Part shown: positions 1 to 10,839 of the stretch, in pieces
Numbering within the stretch: the stretch's first letter is position 1
How the letters are laid out: the number at the start of each line of letters is the position of its first letter
Source of the DNA: Flavobacteriales bacterium
Lineage (GTDB): Bacteria > Bacteroidota > Bacteroidia > UBA10329
Reading direction: 5' to 3'
Assembly: GCA_021741155.1 (NCBI GenBank)
Contig: JAIOYP010000002.1
Span: forward strand, 113,557-177,556
DNA: 64,000 nt
Made by a program: the position numbers and the translations under genes
Notes under the pieces: model-generated
Told to the model about the DNA's origin: nothing
The model's database searches: none
The model's input: only the letters and a program-made list of their open reading frames with translations

Positions 1-529
1 CCGCTGGCAATACCGCCCCTGGGATGTGGTGATCGCAGATGATGAAGTCAATTCCTCGTTCATTCGCATACGCCACCTTATCAACGGCACGGATGCCACA
101 ATCGAGCGCAATGATGAGCGTAATACCATTCGCTTTCGCGAAATCAATCCCAGCAAACGAAACTCCGTAGCCTTCTTTGTAGCGGTCTGGAATGTAGAAA
201 TCAACCTGTCCCAAATCCTTCAGAAAACTATAGACCAACGCCACCGAAGTGGTTCCATCCACATCGTAATCTCCAAAAACAAGAATCTTCTCGCCATTCC
301 CAAGTGCTTCTTCAAGTCGAGAAACCGCCTTGTCCATTCCTTTCATTAGAAATGGGTCATGTAAATCTTCGAACGAGGGCCGGAAAAATGTCTTGGCTTC
401 ATCAAAACTGCCAATACCCCGATTGATAAGCAATTGCGCTACATCTTCCTTTATTCCAAGCTGATGGCACAAGTCACAGACCTGAGCTGGATCAGGCAGG
501 TCGGCATATTTCCATTCGGTTTCAAGCAT
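1..529 (-). CDS. recJ: Single-stranded-DNA exonuclease RecJ (5' part; runs off the window)
   Basis: Not in the ORF track. Manual translation from ATG at 529 gives MLETEWKYADLPDP...LHDPFLMKGMDKAV...ILVFGDYDVDGTTS...DFIICDHHIPG, with the DHH-family motifs DxDVDG and DHH. Confidence 0.95.
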   Translation of the reverse strand, partial: MLETEWKYADLPDPAQVCDLCHQLGIKEDVAQLLINRGIGSFDEAKTFFRPSFEDLHDPFLMKGMDKAVSRLEEALGNGEKILVFGDYDVDGTTSVALVYSFLKDLGQVDFYIPDRYKEGYGVSFAGIDFAKANGITLIIALDCGIRAVDKVAYANERGIDFIICDHHIPGAVLPA

Positions 530-540
530 ACAATGAATGT

Positions 541-578
541 AAAAACAAAAAGCCCCACGTCCATCTGGCGTAGGGCTT
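541..578 (-). terminator. Probable intrinsic terminator after frr
   Basis: Imperfect hairpin aagccc(c)acg...cgtagggctt, followed by a T-rich run on the minus strand. Confidence 0.65.
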
Positions 579-600
579 CAAATTAATTTTTTTTTTAGTC

Positions 601-1164
601 TTAGATGGTCATGATATCCACTTCCTTCTCCGCAACCAAGGCGTCAACCTTGTTTGAATAAGAAGTGGTCATATCTTGAATCTCGCCTTCCGCCCGCTTT
701 GCAGCATCTTCGGCCATGCCATCCTTCTGCAATGCCTTAATCTCGTCATTGGCGTCTTTTCGTGAGTTACGTACAGAAACCTTTGCCTGCTCCGCTACAG
801 CTTTCGCTTGCTTCACAAGATCACGTCTGCGCTCTTCGGTCAATGGCGGAATGGAAATCCGAACCACCTTGCCATCATTCATTGGGTTGAAACCCAAATT
901 GGCTCGCATTATTCCTTTTTCAATCTCTTCCAAAAGACCTTTCTCAAATGGTTGAATTTGTAAGGTTTTTGAATCGGGCGTATTTACGTTCGCCACATTC
1001 TTCAATGGCGTCATCGATCCGTAATATTCAACCTGCACGCTTCCCAACATATTTGGGCTTGCTTTTCCTGCGCGAATACGCGCCAACTCATGATCCAAAC
1101 GCTCAATGGCGCTGTCCATACCTTCTTTAGTCGAATCGAAAATGAACTTTAACTCTTCTTCCAT
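601..1164 (-). CDS. frr: Ribosome recycling factor
   Basis: IRAGKASP, NLGFNPMNDG and IPPLTEERRRDLVK motifs; follows pyrH. Confidence 0.98.
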   Translation of the reverse strand: MEEELKFIFDSTKEGMDSAIERLDHELARIRAGKASPNMLGSVQVEYYGSMTPLKNVANVNTPDSKTLQIQPFEKGLLEEIEKGIMRANLGFNPMNDGKVVRISIPPLTEERRRDLVKQAKAVAEQAKVSVRNSRKDANDEIKALQKDGMAEDAAKRAEGEIQDMTTSYSNKVDALVAEKEVDIMTI

Positions 1165-1200
1165 GATTGAAATTTGGTCGAAAATAGTAATTCTGAGTGA

Positions 1201-1914
1201 TCAGCCTTCAACTAGGGTTCCTACCTTCTCGCCAGCAACCACTCGTGCTAAGTTGCCACCTTCATCCATATTAAACACGATGATTGGCAGTTTATTCTCT
1301 TTGCAAAGGGTGAAAGCCGTCATATCCATCACATTCAGGCCTCTTTCATACACTTCTTGAAAGCTGATGGTCTCAAACTTTGTAGCCGACTTATCTTTCT
1401 CAGGATCAGCCGTGTAAATACCATCAACACGCGTTCCTTTTAGAATGACTTCCGCTTCTACCTCAATGGCGCGAAGCGAAGCCGCTGAATCGGTTGTGAA
1501 GTATGGATTTCCAGTGCCCGCTCCAAAGATGACCACGAGCTTTCTTTCCAAGTGACGAACTGCTCTTCTTCTGATGAATGGTTCGGCAATCTCATCCATC
1601 TTGATGGCTGACATCAATCGCGTTGTAACCTCAAGATTTTCCAATGCTGACTGCAATGCCATGCTATTAATCATCGTGGCAAGCATTCCCATGTAATCAC
1701 CTTGTACGCGATCCATTCCGCCTTCCGCAGCTTGAATACCCCGGAAGATGTTACCTCCACCGATAACGATGGCCACCTCTACTCCTGCATCAACAATTTC
1801 CTTAATCTCCTGTGCGTATTGACCCAATCTATCATGGTCAATTCCGAACTGTTTGTTTCCCATCAGCGATTCTCCGCTGAGCTTCAGTAGCACTCTCTTG
1901 TACTTCACATTCAT
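1201..1914 (-). CDS. pyrH: UMP kinase
   Basis: [18 protein letters not shown] and [10 protein letters not shown] motifs. Confidence 0.98.
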   Translation of the reverse strand: MNVKYKRVLLKLSGESLMGNKQFGIDHDRLGQYAQEIKEIVDAGVEVAIVIGGGNIFRGIQAAEGGMDRVQGDYMGMLATMINSMALQSALENLEVTTRLMSAIKMDEIAEPFIRRRAVRHLERKLVVIFGAGTGNPYFTTDSAASLRAIEVEAEVILKGTRVDGIYTADPEKDKSATKFETISFQEVYERGLNVMDMTAFTLCKENKLPIIVFNMDEGGNLARVVAGEKVGTLVEG

Positions 1915-1938
1915 GTTGCGATGATAAACTTTTTAGAC

Positions 1939-1966
1939 AAAAAAAAGAGGCTTTAAAGCCTCTTTC
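1939..1966 (-). terminator. Intrinsic terminator after tsf
   Basis: aaagaggcttt/aaagcctcttt inverted repeat with a poly-T tail on the minus strand. Confidence 0.75.
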
Positions 1967-1976
1967 GTAATCATTA

Positions 1977-2807
1977 TTAATTGCCAAGCGAGAATCGCTT
2001 GAAATCTGTCACTGTCAGTTCGGGATTGCCGGTCTTCAAATATTGAGCAACATTCAATTTGTTGTCCTTGATGAATGCTTGCTCCATCAATGTATTCTCC
2101 TTGAAAAATTTACCCAATCGTCCTTCAGCAATTTTCTCAGCCATATCAGCAGGTTTTCCTTCCTGAATAGCCAATTCTTTACCAATTTCAATTTCTTTAG
2201 CGATAACCTCAGCAGAAACAGACTCCTTGTTCAAAGCAACTGGTGCCATTGCTGCAGCTTGCATAGCTACATCACGACCCATTTCTTCGTATCCAGCCTT
2301 GTTTAGACCTACGATTGTACCAACCCTGTTTCCTGGATGATTGTAAGCAACAACAGTAGCTGCCTCAATAATCTCCAATCCACCTACTTCAACTTTCTCG
2401 CCTGTTTTTCCTGTCAGCTCTGTGATTGCAGCAGCAACAGTAGACCCGTTGTAGCTAGCCTCATTCAATGCCTCAGCCGTAGTAATTGAACCGCTAAGAA
2501 CAATATCAACAAGGTCATTTGCAAATCCGATGAATCCTTCCGTTTTAGCAACGAAATCAGTTTCGCAGTTCAAACGAAGTAAAACAACTTTATTTCCGCT
2601 AGTCTTTCCGATTACGTAACCTTCAGTTGCATCGCGATCAGAACGCTTTGCAGCAACTTTCTGTCCTTGCTTTCTCAGTAGGTCAATCGCAGTATCAAAA
2701 TCGCCTCCAGCCTCAACAAGAGCTTTCTTGCAATCCATCATTCCTGCACCAGTTTTTTGTCTAAGCTCGTTTACTTGAGCCGCTGTAATTTTCACCGTAG
2801 CTTCCAA
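1977..2807 (-). CDS. tsf: Elongation factor Ts
   Basis: LRQKTGAGMMDCKKAL and NCETDFVA motifs. Confidence 0.98.
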   Translation of the reverse strand: MEATVKITAAQVNELRQKTGAGMMDCKKALVEAGGDFDTAIDLLRKQGQKVAAKRSDRDATEGYVIGKTSGNKVVLLRLNCETDFVAKTEGFIGFANDLVDIVLSGSITTAEALNEASYNGSTVAAAITELTGKTGEKVEVGGLEIIEAATVVAYNHPGNRVGTIVGLNKAGYEEMGRDVAMQAAAMAPVALNKESVSAEVIAKEIEIGKELAIQEGKPADMAEKIAEGRLGKFFKENTLMEQAFIKDNKLNVAQYLKTGNPELTVTDFKRFSLGN

Positions 2808-2819
2808 TGTCTTGTATTT

Positions 2820-3623
2820 TTATTCTTCGTCTTCGTCCTCGGTAACGGCAGCCTTCTTCTTAGTAGAAGCTTTTACTTCCTCTACATCGTCTCCGTCCTC
2901 ATCATCCTTAGAGTCATCTTCTTTTCCTTTTCCAGCTTTTCTTTCTGCAAGACCTTCTGCAACTGCATCAGTCATTGCTTTAACGATAAGCTCGATTGAT
3001 CTTGCAGCATCATCGTTTCCTGGGATAGCAAAATCCACATCTTTCGGATTTGCGTTCGTGTCAACGATAGCGAAAGTTGGGATTCCCAATCTTGTAGCTT
3101 CTTTAACAGCGATATGCTCCTTAATAATATCAACGATGAAAATCGCAGATGGAAGTCTTGTGAGATCAGCAATTGAACCCAAATCTCTTTCGAGTTTCGC
3201 TCTCTGACGACTAATCATCAATCGCTCACGCTTTGACATGGTTTCCCATGTCCCATCAACTTCCATTTTATCAATGGTCCCCATCTTTCTGATGGCTTTA
3301 CGGATGGTAGCAAAGTTGGTAAGCATACCACCTGGCCATCTTTCAGTAACGTATGGCATGTTCACACGAGCAGATTCACGAGCAATGATTCCTTGAGCTT
3401 GCTTTTTAGTAGCAACAAAAAGAATCTTTTTTCCCGAACGAGCCATCGCTTTAATCGCCTTACAAGCCTCATCCAACTTGGCTGAACTCTTATTAAGGTC
3501 GATAATGTGAGTTCCGTTCTTCTCCATGAAGATGTACGGAGCCATGGCAGGATTCCACTTTCTTTTTAGGTGTCCGAAGTGAACACCTGCTTCTAGCATT
3601 TCCTGTACTGTAGGTTGAGCCAT
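2820..3623 (-). CDS. rpsB: 30S ribosomal protein S2
   Basis: [17 protein letters not shown] and IPGNDDA motifs; acidic C-terminal tail. Confidence 0.98.
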   Translation of the reverse strand: MAQPTVQEMLEAGVHFGHLKRKWNPAMAPYIFMEKNGTHIIDLNKSSAKLDEACKAIKAMARSGKKILFVATKKQAQGIIARESARVNMPYVTERWPGGMLTNFATIRKAIRKMGTIDKMEVDGTWETMSKRERLMISRQRAKLERDLGSIADLTRLPSAIFIVDIIKEHIAVKEATRLGIPTFAIVDTNANPKDVDFAIPGNDDAARSIELIVKAMTDAVAEGLAERKAGKGKEDDSKDDEDGDDVEEVKASTKKKAAVTEDEDEE

Positions 3624-3662
3624 TGAAATTGTATTGTTTTGAAAAGTCTTTTTACTAATCGA

Positions 3663-4049
3663 TTAACGCTTGCTGAACTGGAATTTCTTCCTTGCTTTTT
3701 TCTGACCGAATTTCTTACGCTCGACCATTCTCGAATCACGCGTCATCAATCCAAGCTTCTTCAAAGCAGGCTTCACAGTTTCGTCTTCTTTTACCAATGC
3801 TCTTGAAATCCCAAGAGAAATGGCCTCAGCCTGTCCTGTGATTCCTCCACCAGCAACATTCACTTTAACATCATATTTCCCAACAACTTCCAAAACGTTG
3901 AATGGTCTTTGGATGGTGTCTTGAAGCAATGACGTTGGGAAGTACTCCTTTGCGTCTTTCCCGTTAACGATGAATGCACCTTTACCAGCTTTCACGTAAA
4001 CGCGAGCAACTGCGGTCTTTCTTCTTCCTAATGCGTTGATTATTTCCAT
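3663..4049 (-). CDS. rpsI: 30S ribosomal protein S9
   Basis: GRRKTAVARV and GGGITGQAEA motifs; C-terminal QFSKR. Confidence 0.98.
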   Translation of the reverse strand: MEIINALGRRKTAVARVYVKAGKGAFIVNGKDAKEYFPTSLLQDTIQRPFNVLEVVGKYDVKVNVAGGGITGQAEAISLGISRALVKEDETVKPALKKLGLMTRDSRMVERKKFGQKKARKKFQFSKR

Positions 4050-4063
4050 TTAATATAGAATGA

Positions 4064-4510
4064 TCAGTTAAGTGAAATGGTTTGTGGCTTCTGTGCTTCA
4101 TGCGGATGGTTTGCACCAGCATAAGCATGCATATTATTGAAGATTGCTCTTCCCAATTTGCTTTTTGGAAGCATTCCACGAACAGCTTTGGTAACCAATC
4201 CTGTTGGATCTTTTTCCAAAACTTGATCTACACTTCGCAAACGCTGTCCACCAGGGAACCCTGTATGGTGCATGTATTGCTTGGTAGCCCTTTTGTTTCC
4301 AGAAAGTTCAACTTTCTCCGCGTTGATAACGATAACGTTATCGCCACAATCGGCATGTGGAGTAAAGTTTACTTTATTCTTTCCGCGTAGTCTGTACGCA
4401 ATTGTAGATGCCAATCTACCGAGAGTCTGACCCTCAGCATCGATAATAACCCACTCCTTATTAGCAGTGTTCTTATTGGCAGAAATGGTTTTAAAGCTTG
4501 GTGCTTTCAC
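4064..4510 (-). CDS. rplM: 50S ribosomal protein L13 (GTG start)
   Basis: LGRLAS, FTPHADCGD, RGMLPK and HPHEAQKP motifs. Confidence 0.98.
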   Translation of the reverse strand: MKAPSFKTISANKNTANKEWVIIDAEGQTLGRLASTIAYRLRGKNKVNFTPHADCGDNVIVINAEKVELSGNKRATKQYMHHTGFPGGQRLRSVDQVLEKDPTGLVTKAVRGMLPKSKLGRAIFNNMHAYAGANHPHEAQKPQTISLN

Positions 4511-4568
4511 TTCAAATATGTTTTCAGTTCATTATTAGAGCTTACACTCCTACCCAAATTTGGGGCTG

Positions 4569-4576
4569 CGAAGATA
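4569..4576 (-). promoter_or_regulatory. Bacteroidota -7 promoter box (TATCTTCG) of the rplM operon
   Basis: Near match to TAnnTTTG, about 60 nt upstream of rplM. Confidence 0.55.
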
Positions 4577-4614
4577 TTACTAATTATTTGAATGAACAAT
4601 GGTTTGTCGATAAT

Positions 4615-5805
4615 TCATTTCAACACTCCAAGTTCTTGCCCCACCGAAGAGAAAGCCGCAATGGCCTTATCAAGGTGATTTGTGCTATGCGCAGCGGATA
4701 TTTGAACACGGATTCTGGCCTGTCCTTTTCCAACAACTGGATAGAAAAAACCAATTGCATAAATACCTTTTTCAAGCAGTTTATCGGCAAACTGCTGTGC
4801 TAATTTGGCATCATAAAGCATAATTGGCACAATCGGACTGTCCCCATCTTTCAATTCAAAGCCCGCTTTTTCCACTCCTTCCTTAAAGTATTTGGTGTTT
4901 GCTTCCAGCTTATCGCGAAGCTCGGTTGACGACCCAAGCAAATCAAAAACTTTACTTGCCGCTCCAACAATAGAAGGTGCCAATGAATTAGAAAAAAGAT
5001 AAGGTCGAGATCTCTGGCGCAACATTTCAATCACTTCTTTTTTTCCTGAAGTGAAACCGCCCATCGCGCCACCGAGAGCTTTTCCTAACGTGCTTGTAAT
5101 GATGTCAACTCGACCCACTACATTATTATACTCATGCGTTCCTCTACCCGTTTTTCCGATGAAACCCGTTGCATGACTATCATCCACCATTACCAAGGCA
5201 TTATACTTTTCAGCGAGGTCACAGATCTCATCCAACTTGGCGATGTCACCATCCATGGAAAAAACTCCGTCTGTGACGATAATTCTATGTCGTTGTGCTT
5301 GAGATGCTTTTAGCTGCTCTTCTAAATCAGCCATATCGCTGTGTTTGTAACGGTAGCGCTCTGCCTTGCATAATCGCACACCATCAATAATGGAAGCATG
5401 GTTCAACTCATCGCTGATAATTGCATCTTCCGCAGAAAACAAAGGTTCGAATACGCCCCCGTTGGCATCAAAACACGCTGCATACAATATGGTATCTTCC
5501 ATCCCAAGAAAAGACGAAATCTTTTTCTCCAGGCTTTTATGAATGTCTTGCGTTCCGCAGATAAAACGAACAGACGACATGCCATATCCGTGAGAATCCA
5601 GCGCATCCTTAGCTCCTTGTATGACTGCTGGATGCGAAGAGAGTCCGAGGTAATTATTGGCACACATGATTACAACGTCTTCACCCGTACTCACTTGAAC
5701 CTCTGCTCCTTGTGGACTGGTTATGATTCGCTCTCTTTTGTAAAGTCCCGCCTCTTCAATCGACTTCAATTCCTCGGCTAAAAACACTTGCAATTCTCCG
5801 TACAT
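4615..5805 (-). CDS. kbl: Glycine C-acetyltransferase (2-amino-3-ketobutyrate CoA ligase)
   Basis: [30 protein letters not shown] (PLP lysine) and [10 protein letters not shown] motifs; start reassigned to MYGELQ at 5805. Confidence 0.95.
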   Translation of the reverse strand: MYGELQVFLAEELKSIEEAGLYKRERIITSPQGAEVQVSTGEDVVIMCANNYLGLSSHPAVIQGAKDALDSHGYGMSSVRFICGTQDIHKSLEKKISSFLGMEDTILYAACFDANGGVFEPLFSAEDAIISDELNHASIIDGVRLCKAERYRYKHSDMADLEEQLKASQAQRHRIIVTDGVFSMDGDIAKLDEICDLAEKYNALVMVDDSHATGFIGKTGRGTHEYNNVVGRVDIITSTLGKALGGAMGGFTSGKKEVIEMLRQRSRPYLFSNSLAPSIVGAASKVFDLLGSSTELRDKLEANTKYFKEGVEKAGFELKDGDSPIVPIMLYDAKLAQQFADKLLEKGIYAIGFFYPVVGKGQARIRVQISAAHSTNHLDKAIAAFSSVGQELGVLK

Positions 5806-5933
5806 CTTATTCTGTTTTGGGAGGACAAAAGTAACGGATTGAATACACTCATTTAGAACACTATTGAACAAGCCCTAACTGCGATTGTTATATTTGCGAA
5901 CAACAAAATAATAACCGTCAAAATCAAAATAAA

Positions 5934-6539
5934 ATGGCTTTTGAATTACCAAAACTTCCTTACGCATACGATGCCTTGGAACCACATATTGATGCACGTA
6001 CGATGGAAATCCATCACTCAAAGCATCATCAGGGATACACAACTAATTTGAACAACGCGATTGCAGGAACTGCCCTCGAAGGAAAATCGATTGAAGAAAT
6101 TCTTGTCGCTGGATTTGATAACGCGGCCGTTCGAAATAACGGTGGTGGTTTTTACAATCACGATCTTTTTTGGCTAGTAATGTCGCCAAACGGTGGCGGA
6201 CAACCTTCTGGAGCTTTGGCAGATGCGATTAACGCAGCCTATGGTTCATTTGATGGCTTCAAGGACGCATTCAGCAAGGCTGCTGCAACAAGATTCGGTT
6301 CAGGTTGGGCATGGCTCAATGTGAAAAAAGGTGGTGCAGTTGAGGTGTGCAGTAGCGCTAATCAAGACAATCCACTCATGCCAGGTATTGGCTGCGAAGG
6401 AACTCCAGTTCTTGGGTTGGACGTTTGGGAACATGCTTACTACCTGAATTATCAGAACAGAAGACCTGATTACATCTCGGCTTTCTTCAATGTAATTAAC
6501 TGGGCTGAAGTATCTAAACGCTACGAAGCAGGGAAATAA
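5934..6539 (+). CDS. sodA: Superoxide dismutase, Mn/Fe family (Mn-type signature)
   Basis: HHSKHH, NNGGG.YNH, NQD and DVWEHAYY motifs. Confidence 0.95.
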   Translation: MAFELPKLPYAYDALEPHIDARTMEIHHSKHHQGYTTNLNNAIAGTALEGKSIEEILVAGFDNAAVRNNGGGFYNHDLFWLVMSPNGGGQPSGALADAINAAYGSFDGFKDAFSKAAATRFGSGWAWLNVKKGGAVEVCSSANQDNPLMPGIGCEGTPVLGLDVWEHAYYLNYQNRRPDYISAFFNVINWAEVSKRYEAGK

Positions 6540-6562
6540 CCCAGCTCAAATCATCGGATAAT

Positions 6563-6590
6563 AAAAAGGCTCGCAAATGCGAGCCTTTTT
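6563..6590. terminator. Bidirectional terminator between sodA and glmS
   Basis: aaaaaggctcgca-aa-tgcgagccttttt, a perfect stem with A/T tails on both sides. Confidence 0.9.
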
Positions 6591-6612
6591 CGTTTCTAGT
6601 ATGTCAGTTCAA

Positions 6613-8451
6613 TTACTCCACAGTAACCGACTTTGCCAAATTTCTAGGTTGATCTACATTGCATCCTCTCATTACAGCAATGTAATATGACAGCAATTGC
6701 AATGGAACCGAAGCCAAAATTGGCACCAATTCTTCTTCCGTTTCTGGAATTTCAATCACGTGGTCAGCCAATTCGGCAGCAGAAGTATCACCTTTAGTGA
6801 CAACCGCAATAATCTTTCCTTTTCTCGCTTTTACTTCTTGAATATTGCTCAACACTTTCTCGTAAGATCCTTTGCTTGGAGCAATTACTACTACTGGCAT
6901 TTCTGCGTCAATCAACGCGATTGGTCCATGCTTCATCTCTGCTGCTGGATAGCCTTCAGCATGGATGTACGATATCTCTTTCAACTTCAAAGCACCTTCC
7001 AACGCAACTGGAAAATTATAGCCTCTTCCCAAATAAAGAAAATTGCGCGAATCTTTATACTGCCCAGCAATGTACTTGACGAGTTCGGCAGATTGCAAAA
7101 CTTCTTCAACCTGTGCAGGAATCTTCTCAAGCGAAGCAAGAATTCGTTGAAATCTTGATTCTGCAATGGAGCCTTTTTTATGCGCTAAACGCAAGGCCAT
7201 CAACAAGAGAACCGTAACCTGTGAAGTAAACGCTTTGGTTGAAGCAACTCCAATCTCAGGCCCAGCATGCGTGTATGAACCAGCATCGGTAATCCTTGAA
7301 ATAGACGACCCGACCACATTACATACGCCAATAATGGTTGCACCCTTTGATTTGGCCAATTCAAGCGCAGCTAATGTATCTGCCGTTTCGCCTGATTGAG
7401 AAATAGCAATAACTACATCGTCCTCATTGATAATGGGATTTCTATATCTGAATTCAGATGCATATTCAACCTCAACAGGAATACGAGCCAAATCTTCAAT
7501 AAGATATTCACCAACCAATCCAGCATGCCAAGATGTTCCACAAGCGACAATGATGATGCGTTTGGCGTTGGCCATTTTTTGTTCGTAGTCGCTGATACCT
7601 CCAAGAGTTACCGTTCCCGATTGCACGTGGTATCTGCCTCGCATACTGTCGGAGATCGAACGTGGCTGCTCAAAAATTTCTTTTAACATGAAATGCTCGT
7701 ATCCCCCCTTCTCCAAAGCTTCTAGCTTCATCTCAAGTTCGTGGATGTACGGAGTCATCACCTCGTTTTCAATACTTCTAACAATAGGGTCTTGACCAAC
7801 TCGAAGCTCAACGATTTGCTCATCTTCAAGATAAACAACCTCATTGGTATATTCGATTATAGGAGTGGCATCTGAAGCTAGAAAGAACTCGTTCTTTCCA
7901 ATTCCCACTACCATCGGACTTCCTTTTTTTGCTCCAATTATCACATTTGGATCGCTTTTGTCCATGACTGCAATAGCATATGCCCCAACTACTTGGGTAA
8001 GAGCTATACGGACGGCTTCTGCTAAAGAAAGATTTTCATTAGCTTGTACATCTTCAATCAAATGAACAAGAACTTCTGTATCCGTATCACTTTTAAAAAT
8101 GTGCCCTCGTTTGACAAGCTCCTTTTTCAATGGGTCGTAATTCTCAATGATTCCATTGTGAATCAGTGCCAATTTCTCGTTACCAGAATAATGTGGGTGT
8201 GCATTTACATCATTCGGCTCACCGTGAGTTGCCCATCTTGTATGGCCAATTCCAACAGTACCGGAAATGTCTTTTGATGAAGCAAACGCCTCAAGGTCGG
8301 CCACTTTTCCTTTACACTTATATACGTTAAGACCTGAGTTGAGCAGGCAGATTCCTGCACTATCATAACCTCTATACTCAAGCCGCTTGAGGCCCTTAAT
8401 TAGAATTGGATAAGCTTCCTTCTTTCCTATATAAGCTACGATACCGCACAT
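6613..8451 (-). CDS. glmS: Glutamine--fructose-6-phosphate aminotransferase
   Basis: N-terminal MCGIV, GHTRWATHG and SQSGETADT motifs; C-terminal PRNLAKSVTVE. Confidence 0.99.
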   Translation of the reverse strand: MCGIVAYIGKKEAYPILIKGLKRLEYRGYDSAGICLLNSGLNVYKCKGKVADLEAFASSKDISGTVGIGHTRWATHGEPNDVNAHPHYSGNEKLALIHNGIIENYDPLKKELVKRGHIFKSDTDTEVLVHLIEDVQANENLSLAEAVRIALTQVVGAYAIAVMDKSDPNVIIGAKKGSPMVVGIGKNEFFLASDATPIIEYTNEVVYLEDEQIVELRVGQDPIVRSIENEVMTPYIHELEMKLEALEKGGYEHFMLKEIFEQPRSISDSMRGRYHVQSGTVTLGGISDYEQKMANAKRIIIVACGTSWHAGLVGEYLIEDLARIPVEVEYASEFRYRNPIINEDDVVIAISQSGETADTLAALELAKSKGATIIGVCNVVGSSISRITDAGSYTHAGPEIGVASTKAFTSQVTVLLLMALRLAHKKGSIAESRFQRILASLEKIPAQVEEVLQSAELVKYIAGQYKDSRNFLYLGRGYNFPVALEGALKLKEISYIHAEGYPAAEMKHGPIALIDAEMPVVVIAPSKGSYEKVLSNIQEVKARKGKIIAVVTKGDTSAAELADHVIEIPETEEELVPILASVPLQLLSYYIAVMRGCNVDQPRNLAKSVTVE

Positions 8452-8453
8452 AT

Positions 8454-9773
8454 CTATTCAATTATAGTGTATGTCATCCTCAATTTCATCGGTTTGGTTG
8501 GATGCTGAGGCCCATTAAAAACGCCTCTTCTTGCATTAACCGCATTTCCCGAATTCGTAATGTAAAGACCGTAATCTACTTTTTCTGGTGCATTGAGCAA
8601 CGACTGAAGATGTCGAGCAATATTGAAAATATACTGCTTGTTTTCTGAATCATAAACTCCTCCATAATAATCGGAACCTTCAAAGAAATCTACAGGAAAA
8701 ACAGGATTTCCGATTGAGTCAATTACCGTCACCTGTAGATTGTTTGGAACACCGAATTCATCGATTACATCAACATCCAAAGGAACAACCAATTCAGCTT
8801 TATTGATGGCTACAGCTCCAAGATTGTTTAGTTCTCGCAAATGAGGAAGTTCAACTTTCATCCGAGTTCCAGCCATTGAATGGATATACAGTCGTTCTGC
8901 TCCAGTAACTGTTCCACCAGCTATTGCCGATTCAATTGATGTTGGAGCATACTCGTGATGAAAAGCGGTATGGACACCATCTGTATTAGCGGTAAGAAAA
9001 TTAACGAATAATGTATCTGTATCCGTGTGGTAAAACAACTTTACCCACGAAAACGAACTCGCTACATTGAAATAAAGAATGGATCCGAAGCCAGATGGCA
9101 TCGAGGCATCCACTGGTTTAATATTTAATCCCCTGAATTCTGTCAGGAATACATCGTTTGAAGCCAAGTTGTTGGATTCTAAAATTCGCGTTCCTAAGCT
9201 ATTTTCAAGCGGAATCCGCAACGATGGACGTATGGTATCTGAACCTGAAATAACATCAGAATAAAGATCTGGTCTAAATTGATGAACAGCCAACGGAGTG
9301 GCTGAGATGGCATGAGATGCCGTTGAATAATATGCCGAATCTGAAGTGCTGGTGTTTCGAAGATCTTCTTCCAATTCAAACACTCCGAACGTCATCGTTC
9401 CTTTTAGCTTGTCGGTAGAGCCGTAAGAGCCTACATAAGCAAGATTCAAAATTATGGAATCAACCACAGCATCACTTGGGAATTCAACAGAGGTGCTAGG
9501 AAGTTTAAATTGCATGAAGAGTTCCGATTGCACTCTTCCGAAGATTGGGTCTCCAAAATCTCCAATAAGGTAGGTTCCTGATGACAGACCTGATGTCTGA
9601 ACCGAATCATATAGAATAGTTCTTGCTTCAATTGTGAACGTGTCTATCCAAGCAATTGACATTTCTTCTCCTTCAGGAAGCACGTCTAGTCCAATTCCAT
9701 CTGGTTCTTTACAAGAAGCGGTGATGAGTATTATCAGCAATCCAAAAAATGCTGCGGTATTACGAAAGGTCAT
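8454..9773 (-). CDS. DUF4270-family lipoprotein
   Basis: Lipobox ITASC, then GLDVLP, GDFGDPIFG and INKAEL; conserved position between the glgA-like gene and glmS; start reassigned to 9773. Confidence 0.8.
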   Translation of the reverse strand: MTFRNTAAFFGLLIILITASCKEPDGIGLDVLPEGEEMSIAWIDTFTIEARTILYDSVQTSGLSSGTYLIGDFGDPIFGRVQSELFMQFKLPSTSVEFPSDAVVDSIILNLAYVGSYGSTDKLKGTMTFGVFELEEDLRNTSTSDSAYYSTASHAISATPLAVHQFRPDLYSDVISGSDTIRPSLRIPLENSLGTRILESNNLASNDVFLTEFRGLNIKPVDASMPSGFGSILYFNVASSFSWVKLFYHTDTDTLFVNFLTANTDGVHTAFHHEYAPTSIESAIAGGTVTGAERLYIHSMAGTRMKVELPHLRELNNLGAVAINKAELVVPLDVDVIDEFGVPNNLQVTVIDSIGNPVFPVDFFEGSDYYGGVYDSENKQYIFNIARHLQSLLNAPEKVDYGLYITNSGNAVNARRGVFNGPQHPTKPMKLRMTYTIIE

Positions 9774-9846
9774 CCTTTTTAAAATAAGTAAGCGGAGGGT
9801 TAACCCTCCGCTTTCAAAGATATTGTACAAGAAGTGTTAAAAGGCA

Positions 9847-10677
9847 TTAATCAGCAAGAACTGATTCATTTGCCAAAATCTCAGTATAGAATTCCGAGTA
9901 AGCATCCAAATAGCTTTCGTCATCTTGGAAATTGAGGATTGGCTTATCTGCTCCAGTAATAACCGCAGCAACCTCTGGGCTCAGTTCTTCATTTCCGATA
10001 ATAACTGCATCAGCATATTTGATGGCGACCTTTGTCAGATTCATGTGTGTAGCATCGGTAAAAATGGAAACATCTTCATCAGTCAACGTGTCAAACTTAA
10101 TTTTTTCGGACATGCGTGAGTCCAAGGCTCCTTGATAGGCATCATCGTAAACCGAATAAACAACCTTCGAATTCTCAAATAATGGATCATCCTTATACAC
10201 GGTTTTGATAAAGAACGGTAGAAGCGCAGTCATCCATCCATGACAATGAATCACGTCTGGAGCCCAGCCTAATTTCTTTACCGTTTCAATTACCCCACGA
10301 CAAAAGAACACTGCCCTTTCATCATTATCAGAAAAGAACTTTCCGTCTTTTCCATTAAGGAAGAATTTACGTTGAAAATACTCCTCGTTGTCAATGAAAT
10401 AAACTTGCATTCTAGCAGGTTGAATAGAGGCAACTTTAATAATCAATGGATGATCCGTGTCATCAACAATCAAATTCATTCCAGAAAGGCGAATCACTTC
10501 ATGTAGTTGATTCCTTCTTTCGTTAATACAGCCGAAACGGGGCATAAAAGTTCTTATTTCCCGACCTCTTTCCTGAGTTCCTTGAGGCAGATGCCTTCCT
10601 ATTTTTCCTATGTGAGATTCTGGTAGATACGGTACAACTTCCTGAGACACGAACAACACTCTCTCTTTTTGCGACAT
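9847..10677 (-). CDS. Glycogen/starch-synthase-like protein (N-terminal GT5 domain only)
   Basis: FMPRFGCINERRNQLHEVIRLSGMN, DNDERAVFF and PDVIHCHGW motifs; start MSQKERV at 10677. Confidence 0.85.
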   Translation of the reverse strand: MSQKERVLFVSQEVVPYLPESHIGKIGRHLPQGTQERGREIRTFMPRFGCINERRNQLHEVIRLSGMNLIVDDTDHPLIIKVASIQPARMQVYFIDNEEYFQRKFFLNGKDGKFFSDNDERAVFFCRGVIETVKKLGWAPDVIHCHGWMTALLPFFIKTVYKDDPLFENSKVVYSVYDDAYQGALDSRMSEKIKFDTLTDEDVSIFTDATHMNLTKVAIKYADAVIIGNEELSPEVAAVITGADKPILNFQDDESYLDAYSEFYTEILANESVLAD

Positions 10678-10839
10678 GTTTTGTTTTTTAGGGTGAAAAT
10701 AGGGCGCAAATTTACAAATAATACACGCTGAAATCAAGTACTGACGGGGCTTTCCGAATGGCGGACAATTTCTTATACGATTTTTTTTAGACTTTATCAA
10801 GTGGTCGTTTTAGCTTTGCAGGCACTGGTTCGCACCGTC

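Noticed and set aside
26-349. 107-aa plus-strand ORF
   Set aside because: Antisense shadow of recJ, which carries clear DHH motifs on the minus strand.
4615-5805. Possible serine palmitoyltransferase, given the ceramidase in the window
   Set aside because: [19 protein letters not shown] and ARIRVQISA are Kbl signatures.
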